Positions 1-11,853 of a DNA stretch of 64,000 nt are shown here, piece after piece. The position numbers and the translations under genes are program-made. The notes under the pieces were generated by a model. That model searched no databases. It was given only the letters and a program-made list of their open reading frames with translations, and was not told the origin of the DNA. Source of the stretch: Botryllus schlosseri (lineage: Eukaryota); assembly GCA_051294905.1 (NCBI GenBank), contig CM119371.1, positions 34,536,001-34,600,000 of the forward strand. Reading direction: 5' to 3'. How positions within the stretch are numbered: position 1 is the stretch's first letter; each line of letters starts with the position of its first letter.

Positions 1-772
1 ACTTTTCACTACGTTAACGCCAGTTCCTGAAGAAAGATTGCTGGCGAACCGTTTGTTTACATCGATTTCATACCTGTAGTGAAGCATGACTCGCGACGCG
101 CTCAAACGCAGAGCTCATTGGAGTTTCCAATCATTGTATATATATCATTGGTGTGACACTAGCTTTCGATTAGGACCATACATATCAAATTTCGACGCTT
201 GGATCGCCAGCTATGGGACTATCAATTCTGCTGCTTTTAGCCGGCTCAGCAGTTCGCTTCTCGGCGTATTCAATCGTGAGTCACGTGTTGCGAATCCATC
301 CGTTGATTAGTAATCTAATAATTGTATACAATGGCAGCCGAGGCCAGCATAGCGGTAAAAATAAAAGACTTCGCCCGCAAGGGCGCAGTCAAGGGCTTCC
401 GCGAATGGATCCACCAAATTCCTTGTCGACAGAGAATGCATTATAAGTCAATTATTTTATGATGTGCTTGTCAGGTCTCAATAGCAATTTAATGTAATTG
501 AAATTGCAATTGAGCAAAATTTTTGTCAAATTACAATTACAATTACAATTACACAAAATAAAAATGCTTCAATTACAATTACATTACAATTACATTGAAA
601 AATGTAATTAATTACATTACATTACAATTTACAATTGATCCAACACTGGTGCCCAGTGTCCATTCCCTGGAGTACGTTGAAGGACGCATTTTCTTGCCTC
701 GTCGCAATCGCACGCAAAAAGCGTTGAAGTGGAAGTAGGCCATAGATCACTTGCCTGGTATGTAGTATGTAG

Positions 773-1199
773 CAGAGATGAGCGGATTTGAAATTTCGAT
801 GTCCTAATCCAATCCAAATCCGAACGTTCAAATCCAAATCCAAATCCTAATCCATAACTTTTTCATATTCAAGTCCATGTCCAATCCTAATCCGACTCCA
901 ACTGGAATTTCAGAAAAAATACTAATTTATGCAATGGAGGGATTCGAAAATTTTCTTTAACAACCAATGATTCACTTGATTCAAGATAACTTAGTAACCA
1001 TAAGTACATTAAGAACTGATCTGAATAAAGTTTGTCGCCATTCGCCACACGACATTTCGATCTCCCAGAAAATAGGTGAATCCAATCCAAATCCTAATCC
1101 GTTCTGAAAAAAATGTCTAATCCAAATCCAATCCAAATCCGACAAAATTTCACAAATCCTGTTTTTTCAAAACCTAATCCTAATCCATGCTCATCTCTG
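773..1199. mobile_element. hAT-type MITE (AATCC-rich), copy 1
   Basis: TIR CAGAGATGAGC...GCTCATCTCTG; 8-bp TSD GTATGTAG; near-identical copy at 17328-17755. Confidence 0.9.
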
Positions 1200-2722
1200 G
1201 TATGTAGTCACATAGTCGAAGAGCAAAAACACTTGAGGAAGAATGAGTACAGTATTTCGAGTTATAAGCGGTCCGCCGCTGTCACTGTTGGATTTTGTGA
1301 TAGTCAGCATGGACCTGAGTTCCGCCATCTAGCAATACGAGTTATAACTGTACCGCCGTTTGAAACGGATGGCATGGATGTGCTAATGCACATGCACATG
1401 CACATGCACATGCACATAGTGTACGTACACTGAAAGCGCAAGGTGTGTTTATTTATTATTATATTACGCGCATAACTACGCCAGACCGCAAATGTATGTT
1501 GGCGCGGAAACAGCTTAACAACCAGCTGTTATCCGTCATGTACGTGTACGGCTTCGTTCGATTTTTGCAAGCAGTGTGAAGTGTGAACAGAACCTCAGCT
1601 TCGCTTCTCTGTGCTTCTGCTTAGCTTAGCTTGAACACTACCCGATCATCGTATTACCGCTGGTGTTCTATTAGCATCACAGCGGTGCTTCAACTCAGAT
1701 ATGTGTATATAATTAGTTTAAGGGTCGTGGTAACGGAAGATTAGGGTTTGGGGTTAACCTCTGATCCTACGATACCCCTGCCGCAAACTATAATATCGAT
1801 CCTAAACTACAGTTATAGACTTTGAAATGTTCATGGGGAGCCCTGATTGGTGATGGTCGTGTTGTTGTGGATAAGAAAGTACATCACAGATTCGATGCGA
1901 GATTCGAGTAAAATATTATATTTTTTAAGGAAGATTTGGGCTTACGGATTGTAAAGTGAAGGAAGGTGTACCTGGTGTCACAGAATTATTCATTTTCGTG
2001 GCAGAACTGTAAGGCCTTGAAATAGACAACTGCCAACTAGGAACACTTTGTTTGCGTTTGCCTGATTTCGTGCACGGCAACACAATGTGTTTGCGATTGT
2101 CTCAATCAAGGCGTTATAGTTCTTCTGCCACAAAAATCAACTAATTTTGTAGAGCCGGATACACTTGGTTCGGGTTGTAGCAGGGCAGAAATATATATAT
2201 TTATTGGTTTAGGGACTGAAGGTTAGAGTTCGTGGTTTGGCTAGGGGTAGACTAGGATTAGAAGTTGCAAAGTGCTGAATTCGATATAACCCGGGTTATA
2301 ACCACTAATCAAGTCGGAAGTCGATCATGAACTTGAGTCGAGGTCGAGTCATTTTCAATTCAACACCGAGTCAAGTCAAAGTCAGGGTGCAAAGGGTCTA
2401 GTCCAATTCATACTGTTGAGACTTTCAGGAGTCCGAGTCCTAAGTCATTGTAATTACTGCTGCTGCTTGGTTACAATGAATTGCCTGTCCGAGTCTCAAG
2501 TCATATGACAATTCGAGTCAATACGTAAATCGAGTCGATTCGATTTCCATATTCATTAAAATAACAGCCTTGATTACAACACCAGAGTCCAGAGGTTTTG
2601 AAGATTTGATGAACGACTTCTATGGTGTTGACTCTTTTACGCAGATTCTCGCTAGAACAAGTCTTTTTACCTGAAACTGGGCATCACATCATTTACATTA
2701 CAGCAGGAACATACCGAAGACT

Positions 2723-3931
2723 ATGACTCCCAATTCCAATGTGTGCGAGATTTGTGGAAAAGTGTTCAAATCACCTTTGCACCTTCGATCGCATGTGATT
2801 ATTCACACCGGGGTGAAAGCGTACAAGTGTGATATATGCGGAAAGTCGCTTGTAAGTAGGTCGGGACTGTACAAACATTTATTATATCACTCTGACACCA
2901 GACGCTTTCGATGTGAGATATGCCACAAGGCATTCCGTCAAATGGCGCACTTGAATACACACATGCTTGCTCATTCCGGCGTCAAAGAACATAAATGTGG
3001 CATCTGCAACAGGGAATTTCGTCAAAAAGCACACTTGAGAACGCATTTGCTCGGTGTTCATTCCAGCATCAGAAGATATAAATGTGATATCTGCGCGATG
3101 GAGTGTCTTACTAGTCAAATGTTGAATAACCACAAGAAAACTCATCTTGATGTAAATGAACATGATTGTGAAATATGTGGAAAAGCAATGGGTTCGCGCG
3201 AAATGTTGAAATACCACTTGAAAGCCCACATGGGAATCGCAGAACATGTTTGCAGCATATGTGGAAAAGGGTTTATTCTTCGGTGGCGACTAACAAATCA
3301 TTTGCGGATTCACGCCAACGCGATGCAACATCGCTGCGAGATATGCGGCAAGGACTTTCATCTTAATTCACTGACTGCTCACATGCGCAGTCATCTCGGT
3401 TTGAAACTCATCAAAAGATTCATTTGCGAGATATGCGGTATAGCATTCCTTCATGATGGGGCTTTGGTTTCGCACTCGAAAATTCATACTGGATTCATGG
3501 ATCACGAGTGTGATATATGTGGAAAGGCTTTTTTTCAAAAGTGGCATCTGGAACGCCATTCGCTAATTCATAGTAGCCTCCCACAACATCGATGTATCAT
3601 ATGCGACAAAGAATTTCGGGAAAAATATGGTTTGAACAGACACATGCACATTCATTCAGGTGTGGATCGTAGCGAAGAATTGGCTTGTGAGATCTGCGGC
3701 AAAGGATTTACTCGTCGCCGTTACTTGCGACAGCACACGCGAATTCATAACGAAGTCAAAGACCATAAATGCGGTGCATGCGGGAAGGCTTTCATTGCCA
3801 ATTATAAACTCGCACGTCATTCGCTAACGCATCGTGGCCTCAGGAACCATCGCTGCGACATTTGCGATAAGAAATTCAGTGAAAAATCTAGTTTGAATTC
3901 GCACATGCGCCTTCACTCAGCCGGGAGATGA
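2723..3931 (+). CDS. Tandem C2H2 zinc-finger protein, 14 fingers, no recognisable effector domain (paralogue 1)
   Basis: 402-aa ORF made of CxxC-x12-HxxxH repeats with TGVK-like linkers; finger 8 is one residue short; in-frame stop upstream supports the ATG. Confidence 0.92.
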   Translation: MTPNSNVCEICGKVFKSPLHLRSHVIIHTGVKAYKCDICGKSLVSRSGLYKHLLYHSDTRRFRCEICHKAFRQMAHLNTHMLAHSGVKEHKCGICNREFRQKAHLRTHLLGVHSSIRRYKCDICAMECLTSQMLNNHKKTHLDVNEHDCEICGKAMGSREMLKYHLKAHMGIAEHVCSICGKGFILRWRLTNHLRIHANAMQHRCEICGKDFHLNSLTAHMRSHLGLKLIKRFICEICGIAFLHDGALVSHSKIHTGFMDHECDICGKAFFQKWHLERHSLIHSSLPQHRCIICDKEFREKYGLNRHMHIHSGVDRSEELACEICGKGFTRRRYLRQHTRIHNEVKDHKCGACGKAFIANYKLARHSLTHRGLRNHRCDICDKKFSEKSSLNSHMRLHSAGR

Positions 3932-4589
3932 GGCGAAGAATTCGTGAGCTCGTTCCGACAGAAGAACATGCGCCCTGTCCAAGTATATGAAAGAGCACAT
4001 GACAAAACATATTGGACCTAAAGATTTTCCTTCGAATGTCCAAATCCTTTTCATTCATCCATGGTGCCCTCGCATGGCGGTACGTATCCTAAAATCGGAA
4101 CGATGCACAGAAGATTTGAATGGCGAGGATGACGATCGACATCGTAAAGTGTCAAGCAAGACGGATATGATTTGTGTCGTTTGTGTAACGAGAAATTCAA
4201 ATCGACGCAACGTAAGTGAAGAGGTGATCCAAGTAGTCAGCGTTACTACTAGAAGTAGAAGTAATGCCGTAAATTTCTTCTCAGTTACAAGTAGAAGGTG
4301 TAATTTCCAAGACATGTCAAAGTCACTTGCAAGTTGCAGTAGAAAATGAAAGGTATGGAAACTGCTTTAGTAATAAGTTTGCCTTAAAACTTGTCAAGTA
4401 GAAGTGGAAGTTCTCAGGACGTAAATAGGCAAAGGCTTATTGAGTACTCCTAAATAGTCATCACAATAACTCCCTGAATATATTCTGGAACTAGCGTCGT
4501 TGGCCATTTTGTGATCGCCGTAAAGATGCATCCTGCAATTTTGAAGGTGCCCACTGATTAATGACCAAATATATGCGAACCCCCTACCG

Positions 4590-6156
4590 CAGGGGTTCTC
4601 AACCCGCGGCCCGCGGGCCGCATGCGGCCCGCAGCCGTATATTTTGTGGCCCGCGACATCTTTCATTATAAACGCAATTACTAATGACACGGTATTGTTA
4701 CAAATTAATTTAGATACTTAGCTCTTTTATCACACCGTCTCTGTTTCGTTTGATTACTCATTCTTGAAGACAGTGGTTCTCAAACTGGGGGCACGCGCCC
4801 TCTTTGGTGCGTGAAGCATCTGAAGGGGGCGCGAAGGTGCGGCCAACTGAAAAAAATTTCGCGCTGAGCGCAATTTATCCCTAATTCACTGTTATTTCTC
4901 TGTGTATAGTCCGAATTTAATATTTGAGAATTCTCTGACCAACGGCTATAACCTTCCATGCCATCAAACTAGCCGTTTGTATTGCTAGCATTCTGGTTGC
5001 ATTTTGTTATATGACGATAAGGGGGCACGAAATTTTTCCCTATCAAAAAGGTGGGGCGTGACTAAAAAATGTTTGAGAAACACTGCTTCAATGTGCTCTC
5101 GTTTCTTGATGTATGCTCGACTTCAGATTGTTATTGTTTTGTATCATTATTCGGGTGGACTCTGGTTCAAGAGAATCCCGCTACTTAGTAGGCCTACACT
5201 TTTAAAGAGTGTTTGACTCACTGCGAACGGTTGTTGAGATTGCCGACGACGTTAAAGACGCATCGTTTAAAATTGCTTCGAAGATCGCTAAACCCAAGAA
5301 ATCTGATATAGAAGGTGTGATTTCAATAAAATCGTAACATACTTTGCGAATATTTGCTGTTTCCGGAACTTAGCAGCAAGGACAACATCACCAGACAAAT
5401 TTCGAAGATGCAATCGTCTGATTCAATCCTGACCAGACGAGTAAAATCAATATCAGTCAATCTTTTATCGCATGTTCTGAAACACGTTGCCGCGTAGACT
5501 ACTTTTACGCAGCCTTGGATGAATCCACCGACATTGTATGACTAATTATCTGCTTGAATTTCATCAGAGTGGACATATATGCAGAGAAATACTGGCTGGG
5601 CAAACGTGGGGAGTGGACCAGCGAAAAATATCAACTTGACAAAGCTGACTTCTGAAACTATTGGTACAGTGCCTTAGGCATGAACGGAAAGGAGAAATGT
5701 TGATTGTTTTGCTGAGAAATGCCCCCAAACACCAGACTTCTTCTCATATCACTCAGAGCTCAATGTGATAATGGTCTCTGTAACGCAAAAGTTATAGTAA
5801 TTTTATACTTGCTCGCCCACGCATTGGAACAAAGAGTTCGGCTCTCTGGTGGAAGGATTTGAAGTTGCATATACCGACTTGACAACGAATGTAATGCACG
5901 CTCCATGAAGGGATTTACATGCGCCGCTAGAAGATACACATTCTAACAAGCAGCAGCTGCAAACTTACGAACGCTGTTCATTATTACTTTATAATGCATA
6001 GAAATGTACTAAATGCCGGTATACGACTGGTAAATCGGCTACAATAGCCTAAATTTAATAGTAGCCCATGAATGCAAGGTAACATAGTTCTGCGGCCCGC
6101 AGCGTCTTTTGCTGTTAAAATGCGGCCCGTTATACAAGGGAAGTTGAGAACCCCTG
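4590..6156 (+). mobile_element. Decayed hAT/Charlie-like DNA transposon with nested MITE (~4771-5085)
   Basis: TIR CAGGGGTTCTCAAC...GTTGAGAACCCCTG; TSD CCCTACCG; relic peptide DYFYAALDESTDI near 5497-5535; absent from paralogous unit B. Confidence 0.85.
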
Positions 6157-6396
6157 CCCTACCGAATAACTTACCCTGGCACCCAACTGTTGCCTTCAGT
6201 GCAGTTCCGGTTTGTTTTCGGTGCAGTGTGCATATATTTGGAGACTGCACCTTGAGGGTTGTCCAAAAATAACTTCTTTCCCAAATTCCTGGTATCCACT
6301 AGTTAAATTGTTTGGCTCAATTCCAACCAGCAGAGCCTATTGAAAATTTTGAATTTATTGAAAAAAAGTCAATTTTTTTTAATTTCACTGTCAACT

Positions 6397-6517
6397 TCAA
6401 TTGAATAGTATGTTGATATTGAAATGAACCCGAATATTTTCGGCTGAAACTCGTCAGGGGGTCGTCACTCGTCAGCAACTAGTAAAGAATTGGAAAGAAC
6501 ATTGCATATCAACAATC
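6397..6517 (-). mobile_element. Solo 3'-terminal (pLTR) fragment of the Penelope-like element
   Basis: Reverse complement closely matches ~30715-30830, including the hammerhead motif. Confidence 0.85.
6428..6462 (-). ncRNA. Minimal type I hammerhead ribozyme motif (copy 2)
   Basis: Minus strand reads CCC-CTGACGA-G-TTTCAGC-C-GAAA-ATAT-TC-GGG. Confidence 0.75.
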
Positions 6518-8239
6518 CTCTATCTCAATCAACTAGCCTCCTGTAAATAATTACATTTACTGCTTTCAATTTAGAAATATTATTTTTGATGTGCTGCAGA
6601 ATGTAGTTTTTGACCAAAGCCTGCCACAATATATTCCAATTCTCATTTGTTGTAACTCGTGCAGGGCGTTGGGCGACTAGGGCGCAATTGTGTTGCACTT
6701 GTGTGCTTTAGACCGTGGCCGCATTCCGCAATGGAATTGACATCGACTTTCGAATGACGATTTGTTGATCTCACATTAAGGTCCTGGCAATGATACGGAA
6801 GTGCCATTTATTGTTAACACTGCTCAGTATGCCTGTACCCTTGATGTAAGCTGAAGTATAAAGTTAAGTGCTGACAGTCATATTCCATTTACGGTGAAGA
6901 AATTTTGTCTGAACCCACTCTAGCTATCGTTATTTTCGAGTTGGTCGTGAGAGTCAAGCTCATCCTGTGAACATGTCCTTTGAATGTTACTTCATTTTAT
7001 GTTACATTTTTCCTTTCTGTTACTTTCTTTCTGACTGTGTATAAAGCTTAACTGCGACACGCATAATTAAAGTACCGATCATTATTAATATTATTGGTCG
7101 GTCTGATTGGCTTAGCATGTTGTTTTGAGTTTACAGTTTTGTGACACTTGGGTCAGTATTTTAGTATCGTCGAAGCGCATTCAATGTCGGTTAACCGTTA
7201 TGGCTATACCTCTTTGATTTCATCTGTTTGGTCTTAAGTTGTGTGCCGTACAAAGATATGCTGCATTTCAGTAAATATAGAACTTCAAGACACTTGATTT
7301 TTCTTATGCACCAGAGACACAGCAGGCAGGTGAGACTTCTTGGTGCGTCGCACGTCGAACCGCGACCCAGAAATAGATACTAGCAGGCAAGGCCGTAACT
7401 AGTAACTAGTAGGCCGAGGTGGGTGTTTGATTAAAAGACTACTCCAAGTCGTCTTGGCACCCTCCTATCTTTTCATTATATCGCAATCTTGTGTGTTTTA
7501 AAAAAATTATGATGATGGTGGTGGTTTTAAAAGAAGGCTTGCAGAAACTTCAATATAGAACCACGCATAATAAGTCCAATGTACAGAATGGTGACATTAT
7601 TGAAGTATTTTGAGTTGTTTTGATTTTTGAAGTGTTGGCAGTCTAATTTGTTTTGAAATTTGAACGGTCCGCGAGCTAAAATAGGTTGAGAACCCCTGAT
7701 ATCGATTATGTAGCCTATTAGGCTATTCCAAATTATCTAGCTTAGCGGTTACTGAACTTTTTTGATCGTGAAGCCCATCAAGTTCTGTGGGTTGCGTGTA
7801 ACCCACAAATTTGAGCATCTGATGGCTAAAAAGAAGAAAAGGTCTTATCTTCGTAGGTCAACCTAGATTTAGGCCAAAATCTGCCTGATGGAATAAAAAA
7901 GGTCATCACACCAAGCGCAACTCCACTTGAGCTATAGTCCATGCCTAAATTAATAGTTAACTAATGGCCGGATAACATTGAAGGTTACTCGCTGTCCCAT
8001 TCACGGCGTCATTTCCAAAAAAGAGAATCTGGTTTTGTAGTTTAATTGATGATGTATTTCAAAATTGTCCTTTCGCGGAACCCCTAAAACCATTTTGTAG
8101 ACGCCAAGACCTAACTTTTTATCTCCCTCTGGTTTCAATTTGTTACAGTCTGGAGTTGAAAGAGTCGCGACATTCGATATGAAGGAGTGGCGACTCGCGA
8201 GGCATGACAGGAGTAGCGATTTTTGATCGGAGAGTAGGA

Positions 8240-8467
8240 GTTGTTGTTTGTGGTATTCATGGTGTTTGTCGTTTATGGTCGTTTACATCAGGCCGATATT
8301 CCTTCTTTTTGATTCCGAATCTGCCGACTTGTAGCACGGGCCACTTCTAGGCTTTTTATAAGACACCGCTTACGCGGATGAGATGGCGAGAAAGAGCCTA
8401 GACTCGAACCCACAACCCATTGGTGTTGTAGCTGTGGATTATATACCACTACGCCATCTCGCCACAC
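8240..8467 (-). mobile_element. tRNA-derived SINE
   Basis: Minus strand has Pol III A box TGGCGTAGTGG and B box GGTTCGAGTC, and a CAA/CAAA-like tail; related copies at ~40701-40840, ~60295-60590 and ~63720-63870. Confidence 0.75.
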
Positions 8468-8489
8468 GGGGAATCCACTCCACTCCGTG

Positions 8490-9085
8490 ACTTGGACTCG
8501 GACTTGATTCGGTAGTGAATTGAAACTGACTCGAGTCATTTTCAATTCACCACCGAGTCAAGTCCGAGTCCAAGTCAGAGAGCATAGTGTCGAGCCGGAG
8601 TCATGGTATTATGACTTTAGTCCGAGTCCAAGTCATTGCGTTGACAGCTCAGTTTCCGGTTAAAGTCTTGTTAAGCCGACATTTTATAACTCTGTTCCGT
8701 GATATCGAATTGTTCGCATTTATAACACACTCATTTTCCTTACTTTTTGCAGTTTTCGGTCACATTTCCAAGTACCAGTACCAATAGACGAAATCCCAAT
8801 AGTGTGATTATACTTTACTACTATTCGAAATTTCATTGAAATGTCAGTCTTGGCCGTCTGAATCTCGAGTCATATGACTTGATTCGAGTCATGCGCAATG
8901 ACTCGAGTCCAAGTCGAGTCAATACACTGATTGACTCGAGTCAAGTCATTTCCGTACCTCCCACTTTTATAGTTTTGACTCGAGTCAATTCGAGTCATTT
9001 TCAATTCACCACCGAGTCCAAGTCAATGACTAGAAGTTCGAGTCCGAGTCATAGTGTTGTGACTCGAGTCCAAAGTCATTGTGCT
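8490..9085. mobile_element. Fragments of GACTCGAGTC-rich hAT-type MITE family
   Basis: Repeated GACTCGAGTC/AGTCAAGTC motifs and internal sequence shared with 46731-47859. Confidence 0.7.
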
Positions 9086-9765
9086 CACTGTTCAGTAGGG
9101 CTGTTCAAAAATAAGGCCAAGACAGACATTTCATTGTAACTTCGAATAATATAGTAAAGTCACCACAGGATTGATGTTTCATGTACGAGTTCTGATACTT
9201 GGAAAATAGTGGCAGAAACTGTTAGGAGTTGAGAAAATTACTATATTCTGAATGCGAGTCAATCGATATCACTCATCAAGCTGAGTTAAAAAAAAGGTGG
9301 GTTGAACCGGATTTAACTCGAAACTGAACACAGTTTACCATTCTTCGAAGTTACAAATAAAATGTCTGTCTTGGCGGTCTCGAGTCATTGCAGTCATGCG
9401 CAATGCAGTGGTAAGAGTCCGAGCGCGTGTCTGACCCAAGTCCTGATTTGTAACGAACGACTCATTCCAGTATAGGGTAGTTCCAAGATATACTCCCGCA
9501 TACACCCCTGCTTATCAATACGGATCAACTGTACGCAGACCACAGAGCCGCATAGAAACGTTTCTGATCGACTATCTGCAAGCGCGAGTTTGGCTGAGTG
9601 AGTAGCAAATACAATTGTTCGATGACGTCATCGCGTCGGGCGAGCCTCTTGCGACCCCTTGCGGGTATCAATTGTCACAATTGAGCTCGGATAGCGTGCT
9701 TTTGGCAGATGTAATGTATCATAGTAGAAATTCAACAAAATTCAACCTTGCGTCCCTCTCTGCAG

Positions 9766-10429
9766 GGCTGCTCTCGCCACGGACGACTGCGCTGACAACG
9801 CTGACGACCACGACGCCAGAGGCGACAGAGAGGACAACGACCATGACAACGACGGCAGAACCGGAGCCGGAGACGTGCGGAGCCGAGTACCCGGTGAATG
9901 TTTTTGTCTCTCGCTCTCTTTCTTCGTCGCTGCAACTGCTCTGTTTCAGGAAGCGTTCCAGGGCTGGCTTAAATACAAAGGATGTTGCTACCAGGTCGGG
10001 GACAGCACTGCTAATTTGGATGAAGTAACTCGTTTTTGCTATGACGAGGATCAGCTAAGCCTTTTCGTCGCTAATAGGAACGCGAGGAGCGCGGCAGATC
10101 GCAAGTGAGTGACGCAATCTGTTTGACGTCACGCCGTGAATGAAGCCTGTTTCAACCCCAGAGCCTTGTACGTCGATTTTCTCGAATTGGAGGGAGATGT
10201 CTGGCTGCCTTTGTTGGAAGATGGAGGCACCGTCTGGGCCGAGAGATGGAGGGAGGGAGGAGGGACTATCACGACGCTCTACGTCGCGGAAGCCGGCGTT
10301 ACTTTGGAAGGGGTCCAATCTACGGCAGAAGCTTCGACTTATTCTGGGGCCGATCCAAATGTCCTCACCTTTCGGGATGATTCCGAATATTATGCGCAAT
10401 ATGTGTGCGAGTACTGCCCTCCATCTTAG
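9766..10429 (+). CDS. C-type-lectin-like domain protein with Thr-rich stalk; 3' exons 9766-9893, 9950-10104, 10162-10429 (5' end not found)
   Basis: GT-AG introns of 56 and 57 nt with compatible phases (0 and 2) give ...TTTT..CGAEYPEAFQGWLKYKGCCYQV..FC..VWLPL..YVCEYCPPS*, a CTLD-like W/C pattern. Confidence 0.7.
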
Positions 10430-11853
10430 TTACGTGCCATGTTCTAATCATTTCTGTTGCATTACTTTGCCGTTGCACTTTATAAAAAGTATTCCAAATA
10501 TGCTCCGTGGCGTAGTGGCGGTATTAGGGAGTTAGGGCGTGAAGTAGTAGGTAGTTGGTCTTGTGTTTGTAGGCTTGAGTAGGACGTACCGATCGGAATC
10601 TCTGGCGGATGGTTGGCTGGGGAACGGCCTAGTCACTGACGGTGCTGCGCGAGCACCTAGGGAGTGATGTTGCCCCGTTGGTAGTTCGTACTCGCTTGTA
10701 GATGGTGTAGTTGACTCTGTCAACGTGAATTTGACTTTAGAGTATTATTAGGACTATCATGTGTGGCCAACATACATTGTATCGTATACATCTTGTAACT
10801 AGTCAAAGCCAGAATCGTTCTTGTGTATTGCGCAAGTTTTAGAAAGATATATATGTATATTTCGTACCGCGACTATTTCGTCATCCGTATTCCTATTGGC
10901 TAAACACTTGATGACGTTTTGCGCAATCCGTTTCTCTCATTGGCGAAAAGTTACAACCATTGTTTCGTACTGTACGTTTACCAGGTATATTTTGAATAAA
11001 TGGGCATTGGTAGACGCTTTCGGACACCCCGGTGTGAAAGATTCAACTATTGAGAGTAGTACGACATATCACGCCAGGTCGATGTGCACAATACCAACTA
11101 TGGAGTGATTATCCTCAATGTCATTCTAGTGCATTGTTTTCCCGATGGAATATTGTTTGGATCAATGCCGATTCTCACCATTGATGTGGAATGTGGATTG
11201 AACGGCCTGACCCGGTAAAAAGTTATATCTGTTAGCATTTTACCAATCAGTGCAATGTTAGTTTCCGGTTGGTTCCGATTTTATATTATATTATGAAGGT
11301 ACAGTCGCTATACTGATACTATGGTTTCCAGTGAACTCGGCCCTACAATATTACAACATATACTATATAAAACAACTTAGTTGCTCACACAATTATCGTA
11401 ATCAACCCTTCTCTTTTAAAAAATCAGGTGACATAAATGCTGCCAGAATATTTTAAAATCCTCTTTTAACAATCATTCTAGGTTCTGCACATCTATATTG
11501 ACGCTCACCCACAGTATCTATTATTATTTTTTGGCTGTGTCGTACATGCATGGTTGCAACCGATGCTAAAATGCCTCACAGCTAGTCGGTACTTTGATAA
11601 ATGTGCATTGTTAAAAGTTATATTAGATCCTAGTATGCAGCACTGCCTCACTAAGCTCAAGAATCCAACAAAAACTAAACCAATTGGGGGAAATCAGTGA
11701 ATTAGTACGCCAGAAAGGTCGATTGCAGCACTCCCCCACAGTCGACATACGCAATTCCGTACCTCTACTCAAGCATATCCCGCGACGGACTGATTTCGCC
11801 GGGAATCTATCTTATAGCGTTAAGGGGCGTGGCAGTTTCCAATCATTGTATAT

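Larger units (their letters stand above)
1523..6330 (+). repeat. Segmental duplication unit A containing ZF paralogue 1 (homologous to ~31881-36110)
   Basis: Collinear similarity from CAGCTGTTATCCGTCATG through the upstream region, CDS and 3' flank, interrupted by copy-specific insertions; right boundary approximate. Confidence 0.85.

Noticed and set aside
622..1433. ORFs with NPNP/DLDL repeats (also 17432-17814)
   Set aside because: Translations of the AATCC-rich MITE
2882..3559. Antisense and alternative-frame ORFs over the ZF genes and Gypsy pol
   Set aside because: Shadows of the coding strand with no independent motifs
3987..4349. 120-aa ORF downstream of ZF paralogue 1 as a separate gene
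   Set aside because: Fossil finger plus repeat-derived sequence; start and 3' frame are not conserved with 34604-34891
8395..8467. tRNA gene
   Set aside because: A and B boxes present but no convincing cloverleaf, and it is attached to a repeated body and tail, so a SINE head
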